A stretch of DNA of 64,000 nt from Cytophagaceae bacterium. GTDB lineage: Bacteria; Bacteroidota; Bacteroidia; Cytophagales; Spirosomataceae. The stretch spans positions 4,386 through 68,385 of the forward strand of contig JANOMP010000343.1 of the NCBI GenBank assembly GCA_031420365.1. The letters are read 5' to 3'. The notes beneath the pieces were generated by a model. That model was not told the DNA's origin. It ran no database searches and saw nothing but the letters and a program-made list of their open reading frames with translations. Numbering within the stretch: position 1 is the stretch's first letter; every line of letters starts with the position of its first letter. Positions 1 through 9,436 of the stretch are shown here, in pieces. Made by a program: the position numbers and the translations under genes.

Positions 1-1157
1 CGGTCTTCAACTTCATTTCCGTCTTTGTCGGTTTTGCCTTGGTCTGGTCGCCAACCTTCGGCATCTATATTCAAGCCAATTCTTACCACACGATACGGAG
101 CAAGAAATCCATCGTCTATTCCTTGTTTCAACGAATATGTGTAAACAGGGTCGCCAAAATATTCTGAATTACTTGCCGTGTCGGTTTCTTTTGGTGTGGC
201 CGTTAAACCAATATGCGTTGCGTTTTTGAAGTAGGATAAAATTTCTCTCCACGAACTATCTTCTTTAGCACTTCCTCTGTGGCACTCGTCAATTACTATT
301 AAATCAAAGAAGTCTGGTGAAAATTGTTTGTAAACATTGGATGCGTAGTCATAGCCTGAAAGTCCTTGATATAAAGCCAAATAAATTTCAAAACTCTTAT
401 CAATTTGGCGGTGTTTTACCACCGTCATTTTATTTTTAAAATGTTTGAAGTCACCTCTTCGAGTTTGGTCAATCAAAGCATTTCGGTCTGCTAAAAACAA
501 AATGCGTTTTTTTGCTCCACTTTTCCAAAGTCGGTGAATGATTTGAAAAGCGGTATAAGTTTTTCCTGTTCCCGTTGCCATTACTAACAGAATTCTGTTT
601 TGTCCGCCTGCAATGGCTTCCACTGTTCTGTTTACGGCAATTTGTTGGTAGTATCTTGGTTTGCGGTTTGTGCCGTCAAAGTAATATTCTTGCGAAGCAA
701 TTTTTTCCGCTTCGGGTGTCGAGATGCCTTTATATTTCTTGTATTTCTCCCAAAGTTGTTCGGGAGTAAGGAAGTCGTCTAAATCAATCTCGGATTCAAT
801 GTTACCGTCCGTTGCAGTTCGGTCGTGAAATAAAAATCCATCACCGTTGCTACTGAAAACACAAGGGATGTCAAGGATCCTAGCGTAGTCAAGTCCTTGT
901 TGAATTCCTGCCCTCACTGAATGGTTGTTGTCTTTGGCTTCAATGATTGCAATAGGAATATTTGGCTTGTAATAAAGAATGTAGTCGGCACGTTTTCTTG
1001 TTCCTCTTGCTGTTAGTTTACCTCTAACATATATTTTTCCATCAGTAAAAGAAACTTCTTCCAATATTTGCAATTGTGTGTCCCAACCAGCCTTTTCCAA
1101 AGCAGGAGTAATAAACTTGGTGCAAATATCTCTTTCAGAAAGTCCTTTTTTATTCAT
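1..1157 (-). CDS. hsdR: Type I restriction enzyme R subunit (HsdR), N-terminal ~385 codons; gene continues past the left edge
   Basis: Absent from the ORF track because no stop lies inside the window. My minus-strand translation from ATG (1157-1155) reads [26 protein letters not shown]... It carries helicase motifs MATGTGKT (I), DECHRG (II) and GLTATP (III) and stays open to position 1. Confidence 0.9.
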   Translation of the reverse strand, partial: MNKKGLSERDICTKFITPALEKAGWDTQLQILEEVSFTDGKIYVRGKLTARGTRKRADYILYYKPNIPIAIIEAKDNNHSVRAGIQQGLDYARILDIPCVFSSNGDGFLFHDRTATDGNIESEIDLDDFLTPEQLWEKYKKYKGISTPEAEKIASQEYYFDGTNRKPRYYQQIAVNRTVEAIAGGQNRILLVMATGTGKTYTAFQIIHRLWKSGAKKRILFLADRNALIDQTRRGDFKHFKNKMTVVKHRQIDKSFEIYLALYQGLSGYDYASNVYKQFSPDFFDLIVIDECHRGSAKEDSSWREILSYFKNATHIGLTATPKETDTASNSEYFGDPVYTYSLKQGIDDGFLAPYRVVRIGLNIDAEGWRPDQGKTDKDGNEVED

Positions 1158-1174
1158 TTAAATAAGTATGAATT

Positions 1175-1351
1175 TGATAAAACTAAGTTTAAATAGTGTA
1201 ATATAAAAATTAGTAAATTAATTTAATGCTAGCTAACACAAAAGTCTCATTAAATTAAGGCTATTCCAGATGAATACCAAATTCCAAGTGAATAATTAAA
1301 TACGCAATTTTTATTTTAAAAAGAATTCTAAAACTAAACTTAGTTTTATCA
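1175..1351. repeat. 17-bp perfect inverted repeat pair (TGATAAAACTAAGTTTA at 1175-1191, TAAACTTAGTTTTATCA at 1335-1351) flanking 143 bp
   Basis: Read directly from the sequence. The proximal arm lies 18 nt upstream of the hsdR ATG. TTTATCACA recurs at about 1345 and about 1359. Confidence 0.85.
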
Positions 1352-1571
1352 CAAATAGATTTATCACATTTAATAAAATGTTTTTTCTATATCCTTTGAC
1401 TATTTAAAAGAGTAGGAATTAAGTTATTTATTTTTCGATTAGCCTTTAAGAAAATATTAGGCTTCCAAATAACTATCTTTATTTAGAGCACATTTAATTA
1501 TCCAAATCTAAGATCAAGTAATAAAGTTGTATGTGCATCTGTATGTACATTAAGAAATATTGAAAATTAAA

Positions 1572-1609
1572 AGAAAAAAAAGCCTCATAATTTATAAATT
1601 ATGAAGCTT
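1572..1609 (-). terminator. Rho-independent terminator downstream of tRNA-Val
   Basis: Minus-strand RNA AAGCUUCAUAA-UUUAUAAA-UUAUGAGGCUU forms an 11-bp stem with one G-U pair, followed by a U8 run. Confidence 0.6.
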
Positions 1610-1617
1610 TTATGCTG

Positions 1618-1692
1618 TGGGAGTTGAGGGATTCGAACCCCCGACCCTCTGCTTGTAAGGCAGATGCTCTGAACCAACTGAGCTAAACTCCC
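1618..1692 (-). tRNA. tRNA-Val (anticodon TAC)
   Basis: Reverse complement GGGAGTTTAGCTCAGTTGGTTCAGAGCATCTGCCTTACAAGCAGAGGGTCGGGGGTTCGAATCCCTCAACTCCCA. It has a cloverleaf acceptor stem GGGAGTT/AACTCCC, anticodon stem TCTGC/GCAGA, loop CTTACAA and a GGTTCGAATCC T-arm. CCA is not encoded. Confidence 0.93.
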
Positions 1693-1891
1693 TTTTCCTT
1701 GCCGTTTGGGAGTGCAAAGGTGCATTTTTGATTTATTATTTCCAAATTTTAAGACAAAAAAATATGCTATTTTTTCAAATAATTTAATCACTCTTAAATT
1801 TTTGTCAAAAAAATACAATTATTCAATTCCTTAATAGAAGTATTATTGTTTGTTTTACATTATTTTTGTAAAAACTATTCTAATTTTTAAA

Positions 1892-3085
1892 ATGGCTTTA
1901 GAACAAACTTGGAGGTGGTATGGTCCGAACGACCCAGTGTCTTTGTCAGACGTAAAACAAGCGGGAGCTACTGGCGTAGTAACGGCCTTGCATCATATTC
2001 CGAACGGTCAAATTTGGACTGTAGACGAAATACAAAAACGGAAGGATGAAATTGAGGCCAATGGCCTTTCGTGGTCGGTTGTAGAGAGCGTGCCGGTGCA
2101 TGAAGATATAAAAAAACGGACAGGAAATTATAAATTATATTTAGAAAACTATAAGTCTACTTTAATAAATCTAGCCTCTTGTGGCATAGATACGGTTTGT
2201 TATAATTTTATGCCAGTATTGGATTGGACTCGCACCGATCTTGACTATGAGCTAAAAGATGGCTCTACCGCTTTGCGGTTTGATATAGCAGAATTTTGTG
2301 CTTTTGAACTATTTTTATTGAAAAGGGAGAAAGCAGAATTAGACTATAAACCAGAAATTGTTAAAAAAGCCAAAGTATGGTTTGATAAAGCGGACGATGC
2401 AAAAAAACAAAAATTAGTAAAAAATATAATTGCTGGCCTACCTGGCAGCGAAGAAAGCTTTACCATTGAAGCCTTTGGTAAAGTTTTGGCAACCTATGAT
2501 GGAATAAATGATACTGCTTTAAGAAATAATCTTTACGAATTTATTAAAGAAATTGGCCCAATAGCTGAACAACATAATATATTGTTAGCTATACATCCAG
2601 ATGACCCTCCTTATTCAATCTTAGGTCTTCCTAGAGTGGTAAGTACAGAAGCTGACGCTCAGGCTTTATTAAATGCTTACCCTAGTAAACACAATGGCTT
2701 GTGTTTTTGCACAGGTAGTTATGGTGTGCGTTCTGACAATGATTTAGTAGGTATGGTTGAACGGCTAGGTGATAGATTTAATTTTATTCATCTTAGAGCT
2801 ACAAAACGAGATGAGGACGGAAATTTTCACGAGGCTGATCATTTAGACGGGGATGTAGATATGTTTGGAGTAATGAAAGCTTTATTAAAAGAACAAGAAA
2901 AGCGTAAAACCGAAAATCGAATCGATTATCGACTTCCTTTCCGTCCAGATCATGGCCATAGAATGCTTGACGATCTGAATCCAAACAAAAAAACCAATCC
3001 TGGTTATACTGCAATTGGCCGTTTACGTGGACTTGCCGAATTGCGAGGATTAGAGCTTGGTATTAGAAGGAATTTAGGAATTTAA
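1892..3085 (+). CDS. uxuA: Mannonate dehydratase
   Basis: [39 protein letters not shown]...[15 protein letters not shown] is near-collinear with E. coli UxuA as I remember it. Start moved to the ATG at 1892. Confidence 0.93.
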   Translation: MALEQTWRWYGPNDPVSLSDVKQAGATGVVTALHHIPNGQIWTVDEIQKRKDEIEANGLSWSVVESVPVHEDIKKRTGNYKLYLENYKSTLINLASCGIDTVCYNFMPVLDWTRTDLDYELKDGSTALRFDIAEFCAFELFLLKREKAELDYKPEIVKKAKVWFDKADDAKKQKLVKNIIAGLPGSEESFTIEAFGKVLATYDGINDTALRNNLYEFIKEIGPIAEQHNILLAIHPDDPPYSILGLPRVVSTEADAQALLNAYPSKHNGLCFCTGSYGVRSDNDLVGMVERLGDRFNFIHLRATKRDEDGNFHEADHLDGDVDMFGVMKALLKEQEKRKTENRIDYRLPFRPDHGHRMLDDLNPNKKTNPGYTAIGRLRGLAELRGLELGIRRNLGI

Positions 3086-3124
3086 TTATTAACACTATTT
3101 TTGTTTTCAAATAGATACTATTAT

Positions 3125-4132
3125 ATGCCCAAAATTGTCACTTTCGGAGAAATTTTAATGCGACTTTCCACACCTGGATTTCAAAAAATATCCCAAGCTG
3201 AAACTTTTGACTGCACTTTTGGCGGTACTGAAATGAATGTGGCCGCAGCATTGGTAAATTTTGGTTTTGAAGCAACTCATGTGGGAGTTTTCCCCGACAA
3301 TTCCATAGGTAAAAAAGCTAAGGCATTTATTAGAAAACTAGGTATTTCTGATAAAGAGATAGTTTTAAATGGCAAACGAATGGGATTGTTTTTTTTAGAA
3401 ACAGGTGCGGTAAGTAGAGCAAGTCAAATTGTTTATGATAGAGCAGATTCTGCTTTTGCCAATCTCAACCCATCGTGGTTTGATTGGAATGAGATTTTGA
3501 AAGATGCAGATTGGTTCCATTGGTGTGGCATAACTCCAGCTGTGGGCGAAGCCCCTGCAAAAGCTTTGCTTGAAGCACTAAAAGTGGCTAAAAAACTTGG
3601 GATAAAGGTATCTTCTGATATTTATTATAGGAGCAATCTCTGGAACTATGGTAAAACTCCTCAAGAAATATTGCCTGAATTAGCCTCATATTCTAATGTA
3701 ATTTTGGCAAGTAGGAAAAATATTGAGGAAATTTTCGGAATTAGTTCAGAAGAGGAAAAAGGAAAGTTTCAAGACACCTGCAAAAAACTGATGGAACATT
3801 ATCATAACATAGAAAAGGTAATAGACACCGAACGTATTCAGATCTCTGCTTCGCATAACCGCATGAATGCCAGGATGTTTACTAAAGAAGAATATTTTAA
3901 AACAGGAAATTTAGATATTACACACATAGTGGACAGAGTGGGAACAGGCGATGCATTTTTGGGTGGATTTATTTACGGGCAGTTGGTGTATGGCGACAAT
4001 TTAAAATCTCTAGAGTTTGGCAACGCATCTAGTGCATTAAAACATACTATACCCGGGGACCAAAATTTAGTAGATGTGGCCGAGATAGAAAATTTGATGC
4101 TTGGCGATATGAGTGGTAAATTAAAAAGATAA
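3125..4132 (+). CDS. kdgK: 2-dehydro-3-deoxygluconokinase (PfkB family sugar kinase)
   Basis: PfkB motifs (N-terminal GEILMRL, C-terminal DRVGTGDAF) and position directly downstream of uxuA. Start at ATG 3125. Confidence 0.75.
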   Translation: MPKIVTFGEILMRLSTPGFQKISQAETFDCTFGGTEMNVAAALVNFGFEATHVGVFPDNSIGKKAKAFIRKLGISDKEIVLNGKRMGLFFLETGAVSRASQIVYDRADSAFANLNPSWFDWNEILKDADWFHWCGITPAVGEAPAKALLEALKVAKKLGIKVSSDIYYRSNLWNYGKTPQEILPELASYSNVILASRKNIEEIFGISSEEEKGKFQDTCKKLMEHYHNIEKVIDTERIQISASHNRMNARMFTKEEYFKTGNLDITHIVDRVGTGDAFLGGFIYGQLVYGDNLKSLEFGNASSALKHTIPGDQNLVDVAEIENLMLGDMSGKLKR

Positions 4133-4139
4133 TAAAAAA

Positions 4140-4168
4140 GACAGTATGTAAAACTTACTGCCTTTGTT
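4140..4168 (+). terminator. Imperfect stem-loop between convergent kdgK and the LRR gene
   Basis: GACAGTATGT-aaa-ACTTACTGCC pairs at 8/10 positions and is followed by TTTGTTG. Confidence 0.4.
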
Positions 4169-4203
4169 GATAAAAACTATTACTCTATAATACTATTCTT
4201 TGC

Positions 4204-4848
4204 CTAAAACTCAATTCTAAATGCATAGTTTGAGGGTACATTTAGATATGAATTTCTATTAATTGGATTATTTTTTAAGTCTAAATATTTTAAACTTTTT
4301 AAGTTTTTAACCTCTTTTGGAACATATCTTAGGAGATTACCACTCAAATACAAATTTTCTAAGAATTTTAGTTGATTAATACTTTCTGGTATTCGTACTA
4401 TCTTATCGTTTTCTAAATGCAGCGTCTTCAACCTTGGAAGTTTAGATAAAATTTTTAGATTCTCATCTAAGGCTATATTTGATTCGTTGTCTAAAAAAAG
4501 TTCTTTCAAGTTTTCTAAATTAGAGAAATTTACTGGCAAAACATTGAAATCATTGCCACCCAAATCTAATACCTCTAATTTTTTTAGACTAAAAATCTCT
4601 TCTGGAATTAACTTTAGATGATCGTTTCTAATACTCAAATACCTAAGATTTTTAAATTTATCTATACCTATTGGAAAATTCTCGAAATGTTGTTGACTTA
4701 AATTTAACCTTTTTACTTTTTCAGGCTCTTTTAACGCCAATTTAATATCGGTATATTCAATCTCTTGAGAAGTGGGCACTTCTATTTGAGCTTGTAGAAA
4801 ACCGCATGAAAAAATCCAAAATAAAAATGCCCAGCTAATTATTTTCAT
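4204..4848 (-). CDS. Leucine-rich repeat (LRR) protein with signal peptide
   Basis: Repeated LxxLxLxxNxL units (LRYLSIRNDHLKLIP, LEVLDLGGNDFNVLP, LKELFLDN, LKTLHLENDKIVRIP, LENLYLSGNLLRYVP, LKYLDLKNNPI). N-terminus MKIISWAFLFWIFSCGF. Confidence 0.8.
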   Translation of the reverse strand: MKIISWAFLFWIFSCGFLQAQIEVPTSQEIEYTDIKLALKEPEKVKRLNLSQQHFENFPIGIDKFKNLRYLSIRNDHLKLIPEEIFSLKKLEVLDLGGNDFNVLPVNFSNLENLKELFLDNESNIALDENLKILSKLPRLKTLHLENDKIVRIPESINQLKFLENLYLSGNLLRYVPKEVKNLKSLKYLDLKNNPINRNSYLNVPSNYAFRIEF

Positions 4849-4877
4849 TATTAAGCTACAAATCACTTATTTACTTC

Positions 4878-5146
4878 CTACTTAAACTTAAAGAGCCTTT
4901 TAAAAAGGTTATTGTTATTCTCAGTTAAATTATAACCAATTCCGGTTCTAAGCAACAACTGTTGGGTGTCGCCTATGAAATTATAATTTCTATATTGAAT
5001 CTCATTATGCCAGTTCCATTTTTTTATTTATTGCTTGACTTCCAAAGTATATCCAACAATTCCCAATCTCTGATTTTTTGGGCTAAACAATAACTTAAAC
5101 TAAAACATGATAGTATAAAAATCGTAAGCGTTTTTTTAAGTTTCAA
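4878..5146 (-). pseudogene. Decayed N-terminal remnant of a DUF2490-like gene (frameshifted and truncated)
   Basis: My minus-strand translation gives (TTG)KLKKTLTIFILSCFSLSYCLAQKIRDWELLDILWKSSNK*. After a frame change at an A-run it continues KKWNWHNEIQYRNYNFIGDTQQLLLRTGIGYNL... This resembles SWNILNAKFKLNQKWSAFGEAQLRS of the intact paralogue at 10269-10973. Confidence 0.35.
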
Positions 5147-5184
5147 TTTTTATAAGGTCTTAATCAGCAAAATCTCTGTCGCTT

Positions 5185-5346
5185 TTAAATTTTTTTTTTC
5201 TGAAATTTCTGCCTACACCAAGCAAGAAGATTTCTACATTCCTCCTCTGAAAACTGCCTCAGGGCCTTTCTGAGTTCCTTTCTAAAAATTTTTGGCTCAA
5301 AATGTACTTTCTCCAGTATAATTTTTGAATATTCAAAAATGCTCAT
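5185..5346 (-). CDS. Small hypothetical protein (53 aa), below the ORF-track cutoff
   Basis: My translation: MSIFEYSKIILEKVHFEPKIFRKELRKALRQFSEEECRNLLAWCRQKFQKKKI*. Amphipathic and charged, with an ATG start. No family recognised with certainty. Confidence 0.3.
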   Translation of the reverse strand: MSIFEYSKIILEKVHFEPKIFRKELRKALRQFSEEECRNLLAWCRQKFQKKKI

Positions 5347-5409
5347 ATTTATTTTGATTATTTAAGGTTTAACAAAAAAGGGGAATCTGCAAAATGTTAC
5401 TCCCCTTTC

Positions 5410-6689
5410 GGACTAATGAATTGTCTGTAATTAAGTTTTACAATTTGGCAATATTGTATAGTTCCATTCTCCATGAAATAAATGTCTTTTAATGTTGATT
5501 TTTTCAATGTCACTTTTAGATACTTTAATACCTTTTTGATATTTATGTTCGTCTAATTCAGCAATCACCCTCATTCCTTTGGTTGTTTTTACAGAACCGA
5601 TAAGATTAACAACTATCTCATAGCTTTCTAAAGGTATTCCTTTCCAATTTAATGAAATTTGAGAAAATAATCGATGTTCGATTTTATTCCATTTGCTAGT
5701 ACCCGGGGGGAAATGACAAACGGTAATTTGCATATTTGTTTGGTTTGAAAAATTTTGCAATTCTTTTTTCCAAAGATGCAATCGATATCCATTACTTCCG
5801 CCACCATCCGCATTGATTAATAATTTTCGTTGATTGGGATATGTTAATTTTCCCATACAATTCCACCATTTTCGAATACTTTCTACAGCAAACTCTCCAG
5901 TGTCGCAACTTTTCCCAACGTTGACAAAGCCGTTATTTTCGCCTATGTCATACACTCCTGGTGTAGCCTTTTCAGTCCCAAAATCATGCCCTTCAACTTC
6001 TCTAGGGTCTTTTTTTGGACGATATTCTTTGCCATTGTTTTTATAGTTACCAATCAATTCTTTCTTTTTTGTGTCAACGGAAATCACGGGCATGTTTCTT
6101 TCTAAAAATCTATTAGACAGATTGTTAATGTATTCAAATTGAGCGTTCCTGTCTATGTGTTGGTTGCCTTCCAACATTTTAGAGTTTGATTGTAAACTAT
6201 ATCCGAGCTCGTGCAACAACTCTCCAACTACTGTTTTCCCTATAATATACCCTTGCTTTTTAAGCTCAGACTCTATCGTTCGTATGCTTTTGCAAGTCCA
6301 ACGCAAAGGAGATTCAGGGCATCCTCTTGTAACTGGCTCTACCAATGATTCCAATGCCTCTAAAAGTTTGTCATTTTTAACGGTGAGTTTTTTTCTTCCA
6401 CCTCCTTTGACTCTCGTTTTAACCACATTTTTTTTAATATCTGCTAGTGGCAATGCCAATTCTTTTATGCCCTGTATAATGGTAGGCCTTGAAACATTGG
6501 AAAGTTTAGAAATGATACTATTGCCACCATAACCTATCTTTTTTGCCTCTGACCCAAGATATAAACGTTTTTGTTTTTCGTCTAAATGAGGAAGCATTTC
6601 TTTTATTGCAAGTTCTAGTTTTTCCATACTACAATGATACGTAAAATATTTATTAGTTACAAAAGTTATTTACGGACAATTACGTACTC
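5410..6689 (-). mobile_element. ISAzo13-like insertion sequence (about 1.28 kb)
   Basis: A single transposase ORF is flanked by candidate imperfect terminal inverted repeats. These are GGACTAATGAATTGTCTGTAA (5410-5430) and TTACGGACAATTACGTACTC (6670-6689), with 11/12 matches in the inner part. The exact ends and any target-site duplication are not resolved. Confidence 0.65.
5431..6627 (-). CDS. ISAzo13-family DDE transposase
   Basis: Characteristic blocks ISVDTKKKELIGN, LLINADGGGSNG, VCHFPPGTSKWNKIEHRLFS and HGEWNYTI. Confidence 0.85.
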   Translation of the reverse strand: MEKLELAIKEMLPHLDEKQKRLYLGSEAKKIGYGGNSIISKLSNVSRPTIIQGIKELALPLADIKKNVVKTRVKGGGRKKLTVKNDKLLEALESLVEPVTRGCPESPLRWTCKSIRTIESELKKQGYIIGKTVVGELLHELGYSLQSNSKMLEGNQHIDRNAQFEYINNLSNRFLERNMPVISVDTKKKELIGNYKNNGKEYRPKKDPREVEGHDFGTEKATPGVYDIGENNGFVNVGKSCDTGEFAVESIRKWWNCMGKLTYPNQRKLLINADGGGSNGYRLHLWKKELQNFSNQTNMQITVCHFPPGTSKWNKIEHRLFSQISLNWKGIPLESYEIVVNLIGSVKTTKGMRVIAELDEHKYQKGIKVSKSDIEKINIKRHLFHGEWNYTILPNCKT

Positions 6690-6718
6690 TAAATTAACTT
6701 TAAAAAATAATTTAATTA

Positions 6719-7177
6719 TTATTGAATTGATTCGGTCGGGAATATATTCTTTTCTTTTCCATTCTTTTCTTTCCTTTGTTTCTCTTTAATAATTTCTAAT
6801 TTTTTGTTTAAATTATTAGGGGCTTGTTCTTGTTGGTTACTTTTTAAAGTAGAAGAAAAACCACTTGTTTTATAGTTTCTGCCAGACACTTTAAAATTTG
6901 ATAACTCTGACTCATTTGAAACATAAATAGGCCTTAATACCAACTCATTAACGATTTGAGAAGCGGGAACTTTATAATTGGCAGAAGAAGAACTGGCCAA
7001 AATAGACCCAGAATCACTGGCTTGATTTACAAACATTTGCACTTTACTTTTTTCATTTTGTTTAAAGTGGCTCGGTTGTTTATAGTTATGCAAAGAGCCT
7101 AAATTGCTGCTTTGTGCAAATGAACTTGCGTAGCCAAAAATTACAAGTCCCATAATTAATTTTACTATTTTTTTCAT
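6719..7177 (-). CDS. Hypothetical secreted protein (Ser/Asn/Lys-rich)
   Basis: Signal peptide MKKIVKLIMGLVIFGYASSFA. No recognisable domain. Confidence 0.5.
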   Translation of the reverse strand: MKKIVKLIMGLVIFGYASSFAQSSNLGSLHNYKQPSHFKQNEKSKVQMFVNQASDSGSILASSSSANYKVPASQIVNELVLRPIYVSNESELSNFKVSGRNYKTSGFSSTLKSNQQEQAPNNLNKKLEIIKEKQRKEKNGKEKNIFPTESIQ

Positions 7178-7206
7178 TGTTGTACTTATTAAAAGAAATT
7201 TAAAAT

Positions 7207-7986
7207 TTATTTATCAGTGTTGACTATTAAAGGCTGATCAGCACTTGTAATAATGACCTTTGCGTTTGGCGAGTTAGATAATTTATTAAAGGCTTCTATT
7301 GCCTTAAATCTAATTAAAAGTGGAGTAAGCCCTTCTGCGACAATTTTTTGTGCATCTCTTATTCCCTCAGCTTCTATGATTAACCTTTTTGCTTCTTGGC
7401 GTTCTTTATCCAAAACAAACTGCATTCTTTGCGAGTCTTGCTCGGCTTCAAGTTTATCTTCAATAGCCTTAGTAAGTCCTGGAGGCAAAACAATACTTTT
7501 CAGCAAAACCGATTCTACTATAAAGCCTCGATCTTTAAGAGAAGTCATCATAAGTTCTTTTATAGACTTTTCTATCACTGACCTTTGACCGGTATGCATG
7601 TCTTTGGCAAAATATTGAGATGAAATATTTGCTACTGCAGATCTAAAAACTGGCAGTACTACCACTTGCTCATAATTCCTTCCTAGTTTCTCTATCACTT
7701 TTGGAGCATAGCTACCCTCCATACGATATAGTATAGAAACATCCGATTGCACCGTAAGACCTTCTTTTGATGGAAGTGGCACTCTTACCTCCATGTTCAT
7801 GGTGCGGGTAGGCAGTTTAATTATAGAGGTAGTAAATGGATTATACCCTCTAGCTCCTTCCATTAATGGTTCTGCTTTTATTTTGCCAAAAGAACGTTTT
7901 ACCCCAACTTCACCCTGTCTAATTACTGTACAGCTACCTAATATACTTGCCATTGCTAAAACAGCTATCAATTCTCTTTTTTTCAT
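7207..7986 (-). CDS. SPFH/Band 7 (prohibitin-like) lipoprotein
   Basis: Lipobox LGSC, an SPFH core (VQSDVSILYR...VLPVFRSAV...) and a coiled-coil EAEQD...ERQEAKR tail. Confidence 0.85.
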   Translation of the reverse strand: MKKRELIAVLAMASILGSCTVIRQGEVGVKRSFGKIKAEPLMEGARGYNPFTTSIIKLPTRTMNMEVRVPLPSKEGLTVQSDVSILYRMEGSYAPKVIEKLGRNYEQVVVLPVFRSAVANISSQYFAKDMHTGQRSVIEKSIKELMMTSLKDRGFIVESVLLKSIVLPPGLTKAIEDKLEAEQDSQRMQFVLDKERQEAKRLIIEAEGIRDAQKIVAEGLTPLLIRFKAIEAFNKLSNSPNAKVIITSADQPLIVNTDK

Positions 7987-8086
7987 TTGTATTTGTGTTT
8001 AAATAATGTCTTAATCTTAAGACATTACAAACTTAATACCCATATATTAGTTTGGGCTTAAGCTAAAATTAGAAAAATATTAGATT

Positions 8087-9436
8087 TTATTTGGGCAAAA
8101 CCACTTCTATTACAACTCCCTCTTTTTCAGTAGATTGAATAGAAATATTGCCATTATGAAGTTCAATAATGCGTTTGGTGAGCGAAAGCCCAATCCCATG
8201 GCCTTTGGTAGTTTTAGAGTTAGAGCCTCTCACAAAAGGGTCAAAGATTGATAGTAACTCTTTAGAAGATATTACTTTGCTTTTATTTTTGAACTGCAAA
8301 TTAATTTCATTGGCTTTATTTGTCACTTGTATATCAATAATATGGTCTGGTGAATACCTTATACCATTTTCCATTAGATTAAAAAAGGCAGTATATAGTA
8401 GTTGGGCATTCCCCAATAACTCAGGAATTATATCTTGATTGTCATCAAAAGTTATTCGAATCACACTGTTACTATTCTTTTTTAAAACTTCATTTCTAAC
8501 TCTGGAAATTTTATCTAAAATATTAACTAAGGAACGATTTTGGTTATCAATTTGAATGGAGGTAAGGTCTAAAAGGTTATTGCTAAGCTTATTGAGTTGT
8601 TTTACATCGTCCAATACAGAGGTAATCATCAATTTCATTTCATCCGGACTGTCGTTGGCTAAAAGCGAGACCTGGATTTGACCTGTTATAGAAGTGAGTG
8701 GAGTTCTAAGCTCATGGGATGCATTAGAAACAAATGCCCTTTGCGATAAAAAAGCTTTTTGGAGTCTTTCCAACATTTGATTAAAGCGAATAGAGAGCTG
8801 TTCAAATTCGTCTTTTTTATTTCCTTCGTCGAGCCTTATGCCTAGTTCTGAACTTTTAATAGAGTCAATTTTTGAAATCATTTTATTGATAGGAAGTAGC
8901 ATTCTTTTTACAAAAAGCCAACCTGCTAGCGAGCTTATAATAAGCATCACAAGTCCTCCAAAAATTAATATATATGCTAAATTTTGTTGTTTTCTTAACC
9001 CATATTTGTCTATTGCCGAAGCTAATACAATATAAATTTTATTGTTGTTTGTTGTAATTAATCCATATAACTCTCTTTCATTTTCTTTCCAAAAATAGGA
9101 TTTATATTGTTTTATTTTTTCAATATTACCATGATTAAAAACCAGCTGATCTTCCCCACTTTCATAAACTTCTTTATTATTATTATCATAAATAATAATT
9201 TCTTCATCAATTAAAGCAGTGAAGTTGTTTTTATCTAGAAGCTTTAAAAGATCTGGACTGATCTCATTTTTTTTAAAAAAAATTGTCGCAGCAGTTAGTG
9301 CTTCCTGCCTCAGCCGATTTTTACTTTCATTTTGTCTATTATTTTCACTTTGAAAAAAAATAATAAAACAAAAAATAAATACTAAAATAGTAAAAATAAA
9401 AATATAGATTGTTATTAATCGAAAACGTATTGTCAT
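8087..9436 (-). CDS. Sensor histidine kinase (two TM segments, HAMP, HisKA, HATPase)
   Basis: H-box SHELRTPL, N-box LMENGIRYS and G-box GHGIGLSL. Confidence 0.9.
   Translation of the reverse strand: MTIRFRLITIYIFIFTILVFIFCFIIFFQSENNRQNESKNRLRQEALTAATIFFKKNEISPDLLKLLDKNNFTALIDEEIIIYDNNNKEVYESGEDQLVFNHGNIEKIKQYKSYFWKENERELYGLITTNNNKIYIVLASAIDKYGLRKQQNLAYILIFGGLVMLIISSLAGWLFVKRMLLPINKMISKIDSIKSSELGIRLDEGNKKDEFEQLSIRFNQMLERLQKAFLSQRAFVSNASHELRTPLTSITGQIQVSLLANDSPDEMKLMITSVLDDVKQLNKLSNNLLDLTSIQIDNQNRSLVNILDKISRVRNEVLKKNSNSVIRITFDDNQDIIPELLGNAQLLYTAFFNLMENGIRYSPDHIIDIQVTNKANEINLQFKNKSKVISSKELLSIFDPFVRGSNSKTTKGHGIGLSLTKRIIELHNGNISIQSTEKEGVVIEVVLPK

Noticed and set aside
575-782. Two plus-strand ORFs (575-769 and 600-782) from the ORF track
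   Set aside because: They lie antisense inside the clearly coding hsdR frame and have low-complexity hydrophobic composition. They are spurious shadows.
1850-1891. N-terminal extensions proposed by the ORF track (for example uxuA from 1850, OM barrel from 22757, kdgK from 3101, comB from 41144, PfkB kinase from 34640)
   Set aside because: The extensions start at TTG or other alternative codons and encode non-homologous low-complexity residues ahead of an ATG that matches the family N-terminus or a signal peptide. I used the internal ATG instead.
6155-6532. 125-aa plus-strand ORF inside the IS
   Set aside because: It is antisense to the well-supported ISAzo13 transposase frame and has no motifs. 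The same reasoning applies to other long antisense ORFs (7253-7588, 26151-26573, 38116-38556, 60891-61328, 43934-44155 and others).
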